From a virus (taxonomy: Duplodnaviria > Caudoviricetes), in IMG/VR virus record IMGVR_UViG_3300037439_000094, positions 1 through 44,971 of that record: a DNA stretch of 44,971 nt. The stretch is one strand, 5' to 3'. Numbering within the stretch: the first letter of the stretch is position 1; each line of letters opens with the position of its first letter. Shown piece by piece: positions 36,097 to 44,296 of this stretch. The notes under the pieces were generated by a model, which saw only the letters and a list, made by a program, of their open reading frames with translations, was not told the DNA's origin and did no database searches. A program made the position numbers and the translations under genes.

Positions 36097-36390
36097 ATGT
36101 CCAACGTAGTCAAGGCAGCACTCAACACGTTCTTCCAGTCGTTCGTGCCGCTGTTCATCCTCTCGGTCTCGGGATGGCTGGTCGATCTTCTCGACTGGGT
36201 CAACAACCTCGGGAGCGAGGGAGCAGTGGTCGCGTTCCCGGATCCGAGCGTGCTGATCAAGGTGGTTGCGGCAGCTCTCATCAGCGGCATCATCGGTTCC
36301 ATCGCGGCTGTGCACACGGAGCTGAGGAACCGCGGCTACCTCGGTGAGACCCCCACGTACACCGACGCCACCTCGAGGCCGGTGACGTGA
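36097..36390 (+). CDS. putative holin
   Basis: Two TM segments, KAALNTFFQSF N-terminus, lysis-cassette position, GAAGGAG RBS. Confidence 0.65.
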   Translation: MSNVVKAALNTFFQSFVPLFILSVSGWLVDLLDWVNNLGSEGAVVAFPDPSVLIKVVAAALISGIIGSIAAVHTELRNRGYLGETPTYTDATSRPVT

Positions 36391-36566
36391 TCGAGGTCAT
36401 CCTCGTCCTGATCCTCCTCGTTCAGCTCTGGGCCAACTGGAAGTTCAGTCAGCACAGGCAGAGGATCAAGATGCTCGAGAACAAGGTGGCTGATCTCGAG
36501 ATGGGCCGGCCAGTACAGCTGGAGGACGGACCCCGGCGACTAGCCGGCAACAGACAGGACCGATGA
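36387..36566 (+). CDS. small membrane protein
   Basis: GTGA coupling; MIEVILVLILLVQLWANW...; not in the ORF track. Confidence 0.55.
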   Translation: MIEVILVLILLVQLWANWKFSQHRQRIKMLENKVADLEMGRPVQLEDGPRRLAGNRQDR

Positions 36567-36567
36567 C

Positions 36568-36975
36568 GTGCGGATGACGGTGAGTACGGATCTGGGGAAT
36601 GTACTGGTGCAGGGTACCCTCCTTGCCCAGACCTCGTCGAGGCAGTTCAGTCACCGTCATCCGGAGACACACGCCAAGCCTGGCGACCGGTGCAGTGCTT
36701 GTCGCTGGACCAGGATCACCATCGTTCGAGACGAGAACCCCGAGGTGGCCCGCAACTACGCGGTAGTCTCCGAGGGGTTCTCCCTCGTTCCGGGTGAGCG
36801 GGTCATCAGCAAGGTGGAGCGGACCTCCTCGCCTCTGTGGGTGATCGAGTGCCTCTACCGCAGGAACAAGGAACGTGAGAAGTACCTCAGCATCGTGGCT
36901 CGCAACGCTCTTCTGATGTCCTGTGAGTACGACCAGAAGCTGGCCGACGAGTGTGAGAAGCGGGGCATCAGCTAG
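36568..36975 (+). CDS. hypothetical protein (H-H-CxxC)
   Basis: HRHP...RCSACRW, S.VPGE motifs. Confidence 0.7.
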   Translation: MRMTVSTDLGNVLVQGTLLAQTSSRQFSHRHPETHAKPGDRCSACRWTRITIVRDENPEVARNYAVVSEGFSLVPGERVISKVERTSSPLWVIECLYRRNKEREKYLSIVARNALLMSCEYDQKLADECEKRGIS

Positions 36976-37085
36976 GCAGGACCAGCCTCTTGGGGGTGAG
37001 GGGGTTCTAGGGTCCACTACTAGCTGCCCACCAGTCCTCACCAGTGCCCCCCAGAGCCATTTCCGAGGCATGTGCTGGGTCATGA

Positions 37086-37117
37086 TCAGTCTAAGGCAGA
37101 TCTAGCCTTAGAACTGA
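37086..37117. terminator. hairpin between convergent operons, possible bidirectional terminator
   Basis: TCAGT-CTAAGGC/GCCTTAG-A-ACTGA stem; no U-tract. Confidence 0.4.
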
Positions 37118-37135
37118 ACGGTCCCTGAAGCCGCC

Positions 37136-39394
37136 TTACACTGTATAGGTGGTACCCACAGACCGCCGCTTCAGGCCCCACCAGAACAGTTCGTTGTTGG
37201 CCCCTAGAGTCTTACGGAATCCTCGCTCCTCGAGTGCTCGCTCGAAGGCCCGCCTTGTGAACGGCTTGTCTCCCGAGGCCAGGGTGTACGTCTGGTACCA
37301 GTTCCAGCAGATCTCAACGGAGATGGACTCCTCAGGTGAACAGGAGTCCATGTTATCGATGAGGAACGCCTCGACCGGGTCCGAATCGATCCGGTACTTC
37401 TGCATATGTTCCTCGAGCCAGGGCATCTTGCCGAGACCGTTGGTGCTCCAGTCAACGTACCCTCGTACCATCCAGGCGGCTACCGCCATGAGGGCCTGGG
37501 TGTTGTTCTCGAGGTACGACTTGACCCCCTCGTCCCGCTCGACGAAGACGTGCTGGAAGGGAAGCAGCTTGAGTCGGTTCTGGAGTGCCTTGTCGGGGGA
37601 GCGAGGCACGTAGTTCGTGTGCATGACCAGCTTGGCCTGAGGACGGTAGTCGTAGGTCGACTTGTACAGCGCTCGAGCACTAACGGTGTCACCACCCGAG
37701 AACCTCTTGAGGAACCCGTCGTTGAACCGACTACCTCGAGTCAGCTCGCCTATCACGATGAGGCGGGCACCTCGCGCCTGGTTCTTCTTCTCGTCGTGGT
37801 TGACCGGTCGACTTCGCTCTACCACCTCCGCCTCCCACGTGGAGGCATATCCTCCGTCTGATACCGATCCCAGGACGTTGAAACACGGCTCGACCGCCGT
37901 CGTCTTGCCGGTGTCGGTGGGGCCGTTGGGGATCAGGATCGCCTTGTCCTTGCACAGACCCGTAAGGCAGCTACCCATGAAGTTCTGGAAGGTACGGCGA
38001 ACCTCGACGTCGGGTAGGGCTGTCTCGATGAAGTTCTCCCACGTACTGTCCACAGCTGCTGGATCGTAGTTGACCGCACAGATCCTGGTGATCAGGTCGG
38101 TGGGGTCGTGGGGCTGCATCGTCATGGTGCGGAGGTTGAGGGTGCAGTTCTGGAAGTTGACGAGAAGTGGGTCAGTATCGAAGTCCGTGATGTGCCTGGC
38201 CATGGTGGACTGGGCGAACTTGAGACACCCTGCGCATCCACCCGCAGACTCGAGACGGGTGATCCGCTTCATCAGAACCTCCGCCTCCTGGGTGGTCACC
38301 GCGGAGACCTGGTATCGCAGGAACCCGATGAGACGACCGATCATCTTCTCGTGGATCAGGAGATCGTCCGGCTTCCACCGGTTACCGGCCCACACCAGCC
38401 AGCCCATCTCGGGAGTCCAGATCAGTTCACCGGTGGTGAGCCTTGCAAACTCGAGAGCGTTGTACCGGTCAGTGTTCCTGGGGTCGGTACTCTCCAGTTC
38501 CTCATCAACCTCGGCGAGAGCTGGTGGGGAAGGAGGCAGGTCATCTGTAGAGGCATTCTTCGGAGGCCAGTCGGGGAGATCCTGTCCTGGGTCGTACTTG
38601 GCGGCGCTGTCCGCGATCTCCTCCAGTTCCTCGAGCGAGAGAGGAGGCTGGCACCGGTTCTGGTTGACGTCGGCGAGGTGGCCCAGGATGCCCATGCGCG
38701 AGATGCCCTTGTTCCGTAGCTTGCAGGCGATCTTGAACAGGGTGTCGTTGCGCTCGTGTTCAGGGATGGGGTCACCCTGGGCAGCGGCGTCGATCCCTCC
38801 CGAGGCTCGGTGAGAAGTGGTGTCGCTTCTGTGGACCGCGCCGGCCAGGTCGAGGAGCCACTGGGGTGACTCAGCGATCGAGCACTGTGGCTCTCTCCAC
38901 GTGTACACGACCCCTGACGGGTGTATGGAGGGAGGAGCGACCACCTGGCCTCCGTCGCCTCTCACGTCCAAGCCAGGAAGCACCCCGACCCGGTTAGGTA
39001 CCCGCGTCTCCCCGCTCGTGTAGAAGAACATCTGGCGACCACCGCCCCCGGTGTTCTGCACGAGGGTGGGGGGCAGCTCGACCTGCCTTGCCATCATGTG
39101 CTGGAGAAGTTCCTCGACACCGTCCTTGCCCTCGCTGTCGATGTCGAGATCCACCACAAAGTACGTCAACCCGTTGTACGGCTGAAACCCCAGCACGATC
39201 CCGATATTGTGCGAGGGGTAGTGCTCGATCCACTGTGCCCCGACCGTGGGATCGTCCGTCGCTAGATCAACCCATCCTGGCAGTATCGGCTTCTTTCCAC
39301 GTTGTTCGAGGGGATGAACTCGGAAATGGGCTGCCTGAAGCAATGGCAGTCCGTCCCTGAGGGGAGCCGACCCGTTGGGACTGGTGAACGTCAC
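37136..39394 (-). CDS. bifunctional primase-polymerase fused to PriCT, D5-N and SF3 helicase (P4/D5 family)
   Basis: NIGI, VVDLD, TGGGGRQ, DVRGDGGQVVAPPSIH, RNDTLF, Walker A GPTDTGKT, GGDTVSARALY; start GTG 39394 with GGAGG. Confidence 0.93.
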   Translation of the reverse strand: MTFTSPNGSAPLRDGLPLLQAAHFRVHPLEQRGKKPILPGWVDLATDDPTVGAQWIEHYPSHNIGIVLGFQPYNGLTYFVVDLDIDSEGKDGVEELLQHMMARQVELPPTLVQNTGGGGRQMFFYTSGETRVPNRVGVLPGLDVRGDGGQVVAPPSIHPSGVVYTWREPQCSIAESPQWLLDLAGAVHRSDTTSHRASGGIDAAAQGDPIPEHERNDTLFKIACKLRNKGISRMGILGHLADVNQNRCQPPLSLEELEEIADSAAKYDPGQDLPDWPPKNASTDDLPPSPPALAEVDEELESTDPRNTDRYNALEFARLTTGELIWTPEMGWLVWAGNRWKPDDLLIHEKMIGRLIGFLRYQVSAVTTQEAEVLMKRITRLESAGGCAGCLKFAQSTMARHITDFDTDPLLVNFQNCTLNLRTMTMQPHDPTDLITRICAVNYDPAAVDSTWENFIETALPDVEVRRTFQNFMGSCLTGLCKDKAILIPNGPTDTGKTTAVEPCFNVLGSVSDGGYASTWEAEVVERSRPVNHDEKKNQARGARLIVIGELTRGSRFNDGFLKRFSGGDTVSARALYKSTYDYRPQAKLVMHTNYVPRSPDKALQNRLKLLPFQHVFVERDEGVKSYLENNTQALMAVAAWMVRGYVDWSTNGLGKMPWLEEHMQKYRIDSDPVEAFLIDNMDSCSPEESISVEICWNWYQTYTLASGDKPFTRRAFERALEERGFRKTLGANNELFWWGLKRRSVGTTYTV

Positions 39395-39541
39395 GTCACC
39401 TCCCTGTCTGTCGTGTACCAGGGACGACGACCGACGACGCGCCTGGTAAGACCGCAAATGTGGCAACACTCTAGCTCCCGCGGGTGTATCGGTGTTAGGG
39501 TGAGTACACCGACGACGTAGACCGCTGAGCGAGTGGAGCAG

Positions 39542-39571
39542 GCGCCCCCTCTTGTGGCAGGGAGGGGGCGC
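39542..39571. terminator. GC-rich 10-bp hairpin, putative terminator
   Basis: GCGCCCCCTC/GAGGGGGCGC downstream of the wHTH gene. Confidence 0.5.
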
Positions 39572-39659
39572 TGTGCTGTCTACCCAGAAAGTGCGAGGGG
39601 CCGGGACCGCTCGTGAACAGCCCCGACCCCTCTACCCGCTCCCCCTGAGCGACCTGCTG

Positions 39660-40079
39660 TCAGCCGGCGACCCACACTGCCGACCGAGTCGAACCCTCGC
39701 GGTGGATCTCTCCGGCCTCGCGGAGACGCCAGATGCTCTCGTAGGTGAGCCGCTCGGTGACACCGAGTTCCTCGGCCACTGCCTTGAGGGCCTTGCCGGA
39801 CTTGCCTCCGGCCTTGATGGCCTTGAGGACGGACGCGTCCCGGTCCACGACCTCGGTCGACCGTCGACCCTGGCGAGCAACCGGGAACAGCTTCTGCTTG
39901 TCCCGCTTGACGCTGCCCTTCTCGATCAGCTCCTTCACGGCCTTGCGGACCGAGTCCACGGTGACGCCGGCCTTGGTGGCGACGTCCTTGACGGTGATCC
40001 CGTCCTCGCCTGCCTCGCGGACGATGGAGCTGACGTTCTCCAGGGTGTTCGCTGACTTCGTTGCTGTCTTGGCTGGCAT
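39660..40079 (-). CDS. tandem winged-helix DNA-binding protein
   Basis: GITVKDVATKAGVTVDSVRKAVKELIEKG and AVAEELGVTERLTYESIWRLREAGEI. Confidence 0.8.
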   Translation of the reverse strand: MPAKTATKSANTLENVSSIVREAGEDGITVKDVATKAGVTVDSVRKAVKELIEKGSVKRDKQKLFPVARQGRRSTEVVDRDASVLKAIKAGGKSGKALKAVAEELGVTERLTYESIWRLREAGEIHREGSTRSAVWVAG

Positions 40080-40117
40080 GTCGTTCCCTTCTTCGGGTGT
40101 TTGACTGTGTACCGTCT

Positions 40118-40146
40118 ACACTAGCACAGTCTCACAGTCCTGTCAT
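40118..40146 (-). promoter_or_regulatory. SigA-type promoter for the wHTH gene
   Basis: ATGACA-N17-TAGTGT with extended TG. Confidence 0.6.
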
Positions 40147-41363
40147 GCAACTTCCGCAAGTTTGTAGCTGTGCGTGACGTCGATCAGAAACTCGTGATCT
40201 CCGCCCACTGGCTCGCCCTGGTCTGATCCCGGGTTGCCCAGGATCGCCTGGCGGGCCCAGCCACTGATCCACCGGCCACAGTCCACGGGAATACCCTTGC
40301 CCCAGGTCTGTCGGATCACGCTCTTGGCGTCCTCGAAGGTACGGCAGTACCAGGTGTCAGGGAATCCCATGATCCTGGCAACTTCACGGTGGGTCAGAGG
40401 ACGGTCCACCACGGGGTGCAGAACACTCTCGAGTCCTGCCCCCGTGATGACCCTCGCCGGTTCCTTCCACCGCCACCTCGTGAGCTGGGAGGCACCGCAC
40501 CAGAAGTCGGACCGGATGAGGTTCTTCTTGCGGGTCTCCCACGAGTCGGGGAGGTCCCCGTACTTCTCGTAGTACATCTGCATCCGCTGCTGGAGCCTCT
40601 GGCCCTCCTCCCACGGTCCCGTCTGATCCGTGATCAGCTCGAGAGACTTCCGATAGTAGGACCCGTCGTGATACTGGTGGCCGTCCACCAGGCCGTCGGG
40701 AGAGATCCGCGGTTGTGCCCACCACGACGGCTGTGCTCGGTAGGGCTGGGGGTCGAAGGTGAACTCGAGGGGGAGCAGATCACCTATCGCGCTCTGCAGG
40801 GACGGGATGCGGGTTAGGCCTGGGGGTTCGATCCCGAACGGCACCTGGCTGATCACCCAGAAGTACCGCTTCCTCTGGGCGCATCCTCCGACACTTACCG
40901 CGTTGTGCAGGACGTGGTACAGGTTCCACCGGCGGTGGGTGAGTGCCTCGACCCTCTCGCGAAGAGCCTGCATGAGCGACTGGCCCTTCTTGAACGCTGC
41001 CTGAACGCTCTCGAAGATGGCGACCTGGGGGTAGCATGAGGCCGCGAAGTGAGCGAACGCCCACATGCAGTCGTTGATCTTGGAGTCCATACCCCGAAAC
41101 GCCTTGGGCGACAGGGTGGAGAATCCCGAGCACGGTGGGTTCCCGAACACAAAGTCGACCTTGTACGGTACCCACTCGGCGGGGTCAGCTACCTGAGCCT
41201 CCCAGTGCTCACCGAGTAGGTGTCGGTTGGCCTCGCAGTTGAACACCCCGAAGCCACCCCTCATCTCGCGCTTCCCCACGAGACGGAAGCCTGACTGGAC
41301 AGTGCCGAGGGTAAATCCTCCGGCAAAGCCCTGACAGTCGATGGCGGTCAGATCATGCAGCAT
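40143..41363 (-). CDS. C5-cytosine DNA methyltransferase family enzyme with atypical cofactor motifs
   Basis: Motif IV GNPPCSGFS, VI FESV, VIII QRKRYF, IX REVARIMGFP, X WGKGIPV; start ATG 41363. Confidence 0.9.
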   Translation of the reverse strand: MLHDLTAIDCQGFAGGFTLGTVQSGFRLVGKREMRGGFGVFNCEANRHLLGEHWEAQVADPAEWVPYKVDFVFGNPPCSGFSTLSPKAFRGMDSKINDCMWAFAHFAASCYPQVAIFESVQAAFKKGQSLMQALRERVEALTHRRWNLYHVLHNAVSVGGCAQRKRYFWVISQVPFGIEPPGLTRIPSLQSAIGDLLPLEFTFDPQPYRAQPSWWAQPRISPDGLVDGHQYHDGSYYRKSLELITDQTGPWEEGQRLQQRMQMYYEKYGDLPDSWETRKKNLIRSDFWCGASQLTRWRWKEPARVITGAGLESVLHPVVDRPLTHREVARIMGFPDTWYCRTFEDAKSVIRQTWGKGIPVDCGRWISGWARQAILGNPGSDQGEPVGGDHEFLIDVTHSYKLAEVA

Positions 41364-41919
41364 CCGGGTGCCACCTACCACACGGGCAGATCCTTCCCCG
41401 TTCTGCCCCAGCATCCCCGGGACGCACCAGCTCGCCCCGAGGCAGGTCACCTACGTCTCGACCACAAGAGCACTTCGTCGACACTCCGTCGTACCCCTCT
41501 TCCTGTCGCTTGGCGTTGACCGCGGCCTTGTCGAAGTACCGGGAGTAGATCTCACTGGCAAGATCCGAGATTGACCCAGTGCCCACCTCGTTGACGTGAA
41601 CCGCGATCAGCAGGAGGTTCATCAAGAAGTGCAGGGCGTCGACCAGCTCCTTGACGTACTGCTCACGGTTGAGGTAGTCGTTGTCCTCCCAGTCCTTCCA
41701 GTGAATCTCGTCGAGCGCCTCTCCCAGTTCCTTGATCAGAGCTGTGTGGTTGATCGTGACGTACGCAGCTCTCTCGGCGCCGATCATGGTGATAGGGTCA
41801 CGTTTGAACGACCCGACCTGAAGCCGCCACTGGCGGGTGAGCATGGCCGTCAGGCGGTCATACCCTTCTCGTCGCGAGATGTCGGGAACCCGAGGCTCTC
41901 CCCGATCATGGTCAGACAC
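41353..41919 (-). CDS. dimeric all-alpha dUTPase/dCTPase-like pyrophosphatase with C-terminal Cys pairs
   Basis: ELGEALDE..WKDW, KELVDALHF, Y..K..VN..RQ..GY; start uncertain (GTG 41919 has GAGGAG RBS). Confidence 0.8.
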   Translation of the reverse strand: MSDHDRGEPRVPDISRREGYDRLTAMLTRQWRLQVGSFKRDPITMIGAERAAYVTINHTALIKELGEALDEIHWKDWEDNDYLNREQYVKELVDALHFLMNLLLIAVHVNEVGTGSISDLASEIYSRYFDKAAVNAKRQEEGYDGVSTKCSCGRDVGDLPRGELVRPGDAGAERGRICPCGRWHPDAA

Positions 41920-43214
41920 AGGTTCTCCTCTCTCGCGACGTTGAACACTGCTCTCTGCGCTCTCACGATCCACTCCCAGTCCTCCTGGTTGGCGTGCAGG
42001 TGATCGATCCGTTTCCGAAGCTGGCTCACTGATTCTACTCGAAGCCAGCGGGCTAGATGTGTCTGGGTGGACGGACCGCCGTACTCCTCGTCCATCTCGT
42101 CACACTGGTTGAGCGTGGGAACGATGTGTCCCTGGGTGTCGTACTTCGGGTGCATGAAGCAGACCGTCCCTGCCGCGAACAGCTCCCACGCTTTCGGGGT
42201 AGCCCACGAGGCGGACAGTTTGATGGGCACCGCGAAGGAGCAGTGCACGGTCTGTAGTAGTTGGGGGACCGCGTGCCAGGGATACGGCTCGATGGCAAGG
42301 CCCTGCTTCCGATCGTCGTCCCAGGACCCCACGATCCAGTCAGGCCACATCGGCTTGATCCAGTCCCTGAGCACCTCGTCTCGTCCACTTGCCTCACGGG
42401 ACTGGTTCACCATCACCCCGAAGCGACGTCGGCCCTCCCACTGGTCGTTGAACTGGATCGAGTCAGGAACGCAGGACCCCAGCTCGAGTCCGGAGTAGAC
42501 GTACTCCTGCTTCCATGCCCAGCATCCCTCGTGCTTCGGGTGCCACCTAGCTACGTCTCCAAACCCGTACTCCTCAGGAGACTTGGGATCACCGTATCGG
42601 TACGAGGACGGGTTGGTCTGGAAGTCGTACTGACACAGGATCGGTCGCCTCTGCGGCCACTTCAGGTCTCGGGCCTTGAGCTGATTCCAGATGTCCGAGC
42701 ACAGCCACACCGGTTCGTGGTGCCACGGATCCTTGTTGCGCCAGTGGTTGATCCACGACATGATGTAACTGACATTCCGTATGTAGATCATCCGCGAGCT
42801 TCCGAGTCCCGTGGTGCCGTCTACCTTCGGGATCGGCTGGTTGATGGTGTCGTTCTGTCCGATCCAGGAGATGATCCCGTCGCACTCGTCGAGGACGGGG
42901 TCCCAGATCTCCCGCATGTACCTGATGTACGTTGCTGAGTTCTCAGGAGGTGGGGTGCCCTTGACGTTGATGACGATCTCAGCTCGCCGCACGTCACCCC
43001 GGAGGTCGATGTTCGGGTTGCTCACGTTGGAAGGAAGTCCAACCTTCTGGGGATCAGCACAGTCGTTGTGACCCACCAGTACGAATTCCACCTCGGGGTA
43101 CTGCCTTGCCAGTCGGTTCAGGAGAAGGGGGGCCTCCCAGTCTCCTCCTGCCACGCCCCAGTTGGCCGGATCGTAGGCCTGGGTACGCCCGATCTTCGTG
43201 TACGCGATCCTCAA
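41850..43214 (-). CDS. DNA glycosyltransferase, T4 beta-glucosyltransferase-like (GT-B fold)
   Basis: By-eye match to T4 BGT as recalled: MRIAY..IG, LCSDIW (BGT LFTDIR), TPKAWELFAAGTV...YDTQGHI (BGT TLRVWETMASDAV...FDTKHRI). Confidence 0.75.
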   Translation of the reverse strand: MRIAYTKIGRTQAYDPANWGVAGGDWEAPLLLNRLARQYPEVEFVLVGHNDCADPQKVGLPSNVSNPNIDLRGDVRRAEIVINVKGTPPPENSATYIRYMREIWDPVLDECDGIISWIGQNDTINQPIPKVDGTTGLGSSRMIYIRNVSYIMSWINHWRNKDPWHHEPVWLCSDIWNQLKARDLKWPQRRPILCQYDFQTNPSSYRYGDPKSPEEYGFGDVARWHPKHEGCWAWKQEYVYSGLELGSCVPDSIQFNDQWEGRRRFGVMVNQSREASGRDEVLRDWIKPMWPDWIVGSWDDDRKQGLAIEPYPWHAVPQLLQTVHCSFAVPIKLSASWATPKAWELFAAGTVCFMHPKYDTQGHIVPTLNQCDEMDEEYGGPSTQTHLARWLRVESVSQLRKRIDHLHANQEDWEWIVRAQRAVFNVAREENLCLTMIGESLGFPTSRDEKGMTA

Positions 43215-43324
43215 GGTCGCTCCTCTCTCAGGGGGTTCGCGGTGGGGGTGGCTTCCGTTGTCGCGCGGATTCGAGTCAACGGGTATGTGAGCTGTGCGCC
43301 ACCCCCACCACGATCAGGCGGTGG

Positions 43325-44278
43325 TCAGGTGGGGACCACCGGCGGGGGTGTGCCCGGCACGGGGAGCGGTTGCTGGGGCGGCTGCTGCAGGTTGAGCGGT
43401 TGACCCGGCAGCTGATCCGTGGGCTGGGCCTGGGGCTGAGCCTGACCCGGCTGCGGGAACCCAGGAGGCACCGGAAGCTGCTGCGCCTGGTTGGGATCGG
43501 GCTGCTGCGGCATCTGGGGCTGCTGAGCCTGCTGCGGCTGCGGGTATCCCGGGGGCGTGGGCATCTGCGGCTGGACCGGAGGTGCCACCCCTCCCTGCGG
43601 GGGAGGTGGTGCCTGGGGAGGTGCCTGTGGCATCGGGGGTGCCTGCGGTTGCATCTGCGGCTGCATGGGCTGCGGCTGTGGCTGCATCGGAGGCTGGGGT
43701 TGCATGGGCGGTGGCCCCACGTTGGGCTGGGGCATCTGCTGGAATCCCGTCTGACCCTGCATCACCGGCTGTCCAGGCTGCATGGGCTGCTGGAACTGCG
43801 GTGCTGGCATCCCGGGTTGCATCCCGTAACCCGGCTGGGGGGCCTGCGGCTGGGGCACGCCCTGAACCTGCTGTGCGAGCATGGCCCAGGAGTCGACGTT
43901 CTGTCGCCCTGACGCCGTCTTGAGGGTGACGTGAGCCTGCCGACCCTGGATGGCCTGGGCCACCTGCGGGAGGGCCTGCTCGACCGGGACGTTGAGCTGA
44001 CCCCAGTAGTTCGCGTCGAGGCCGAGGATGGCGAAGTTCCGGAACCAGTGGTACATCGCCCCGTCGTTGTCGGGAGTGAGGACGAAGTTGTGGACCGAGA
44101 CACGATTGGCGTAGGGACCCTGGAGGATCCGGAGCCTTGCCTCGACCATCCACTTCGGAGGCTGGGTACGGCTCGACTTCACCGCTGCCCCACTGACCTC
44201 GATGTCGTACTCACCGTCGGGCACTGGCTCGCTTCCCCCGAACTGTCGAACGAGGTCTGCGAAGTTGACACCTGTCAT
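43325..44278 (-). CDS. DUF669-like ssDNA-binding protein with long Pro/Gln tail
   Basis: PVPDGEYDIEV..A..K.S, M....RILQGPYANR...NFVL; follows a Sak4-like ATPase. Confidence 0.75.
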   Translation of the reverse strand: MTGVNFADLVRQFGGSEPVPDGEYDIEVSGAAVKSSRTQPPKWMVEARLRILQGPYANRVSVHNFVLTPDNDGAMYHWFRNFAILGLDANYWGQLNVPVEQALPQVAQAIQGRQAHVTLKTASGRQNVDSWAMLAQQVQGVPQPQAPQPGYGMQPGMPAPQFQQPMQPGQPVMQGQTGFQQMPQPNVGPPPMQPQPPMQPQPQPMQPQMQPQAPPMPQAPPQAPPPPQGGVAPPVQPQMPTPPGYPQPQQAQQPQMPQQPDPNQAQQLPVPPGFPQPGQAQPQAQPTDQLPGQPLNLQQPPQQPLPVPGTPPPVVPT

Positions 44279-44296
44279 CTGTCGTATCCCTTCTGC

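Noticed and set aside
39660-40079. Z-alpha (Z-DNA-binding) domain
   Set aside because: The winged-helix pattern and wing Trp are similar, but the key recognition-helix Asn and Tyr are replaced (YESIW); called a generic wHTH.
43106-44153. Long alternative ORFs (43106-43912 plus, 43314-44153 minus)
   Set aside because: They are by-products of the stop-poor Pro/Gln low-complexity coding sequence.
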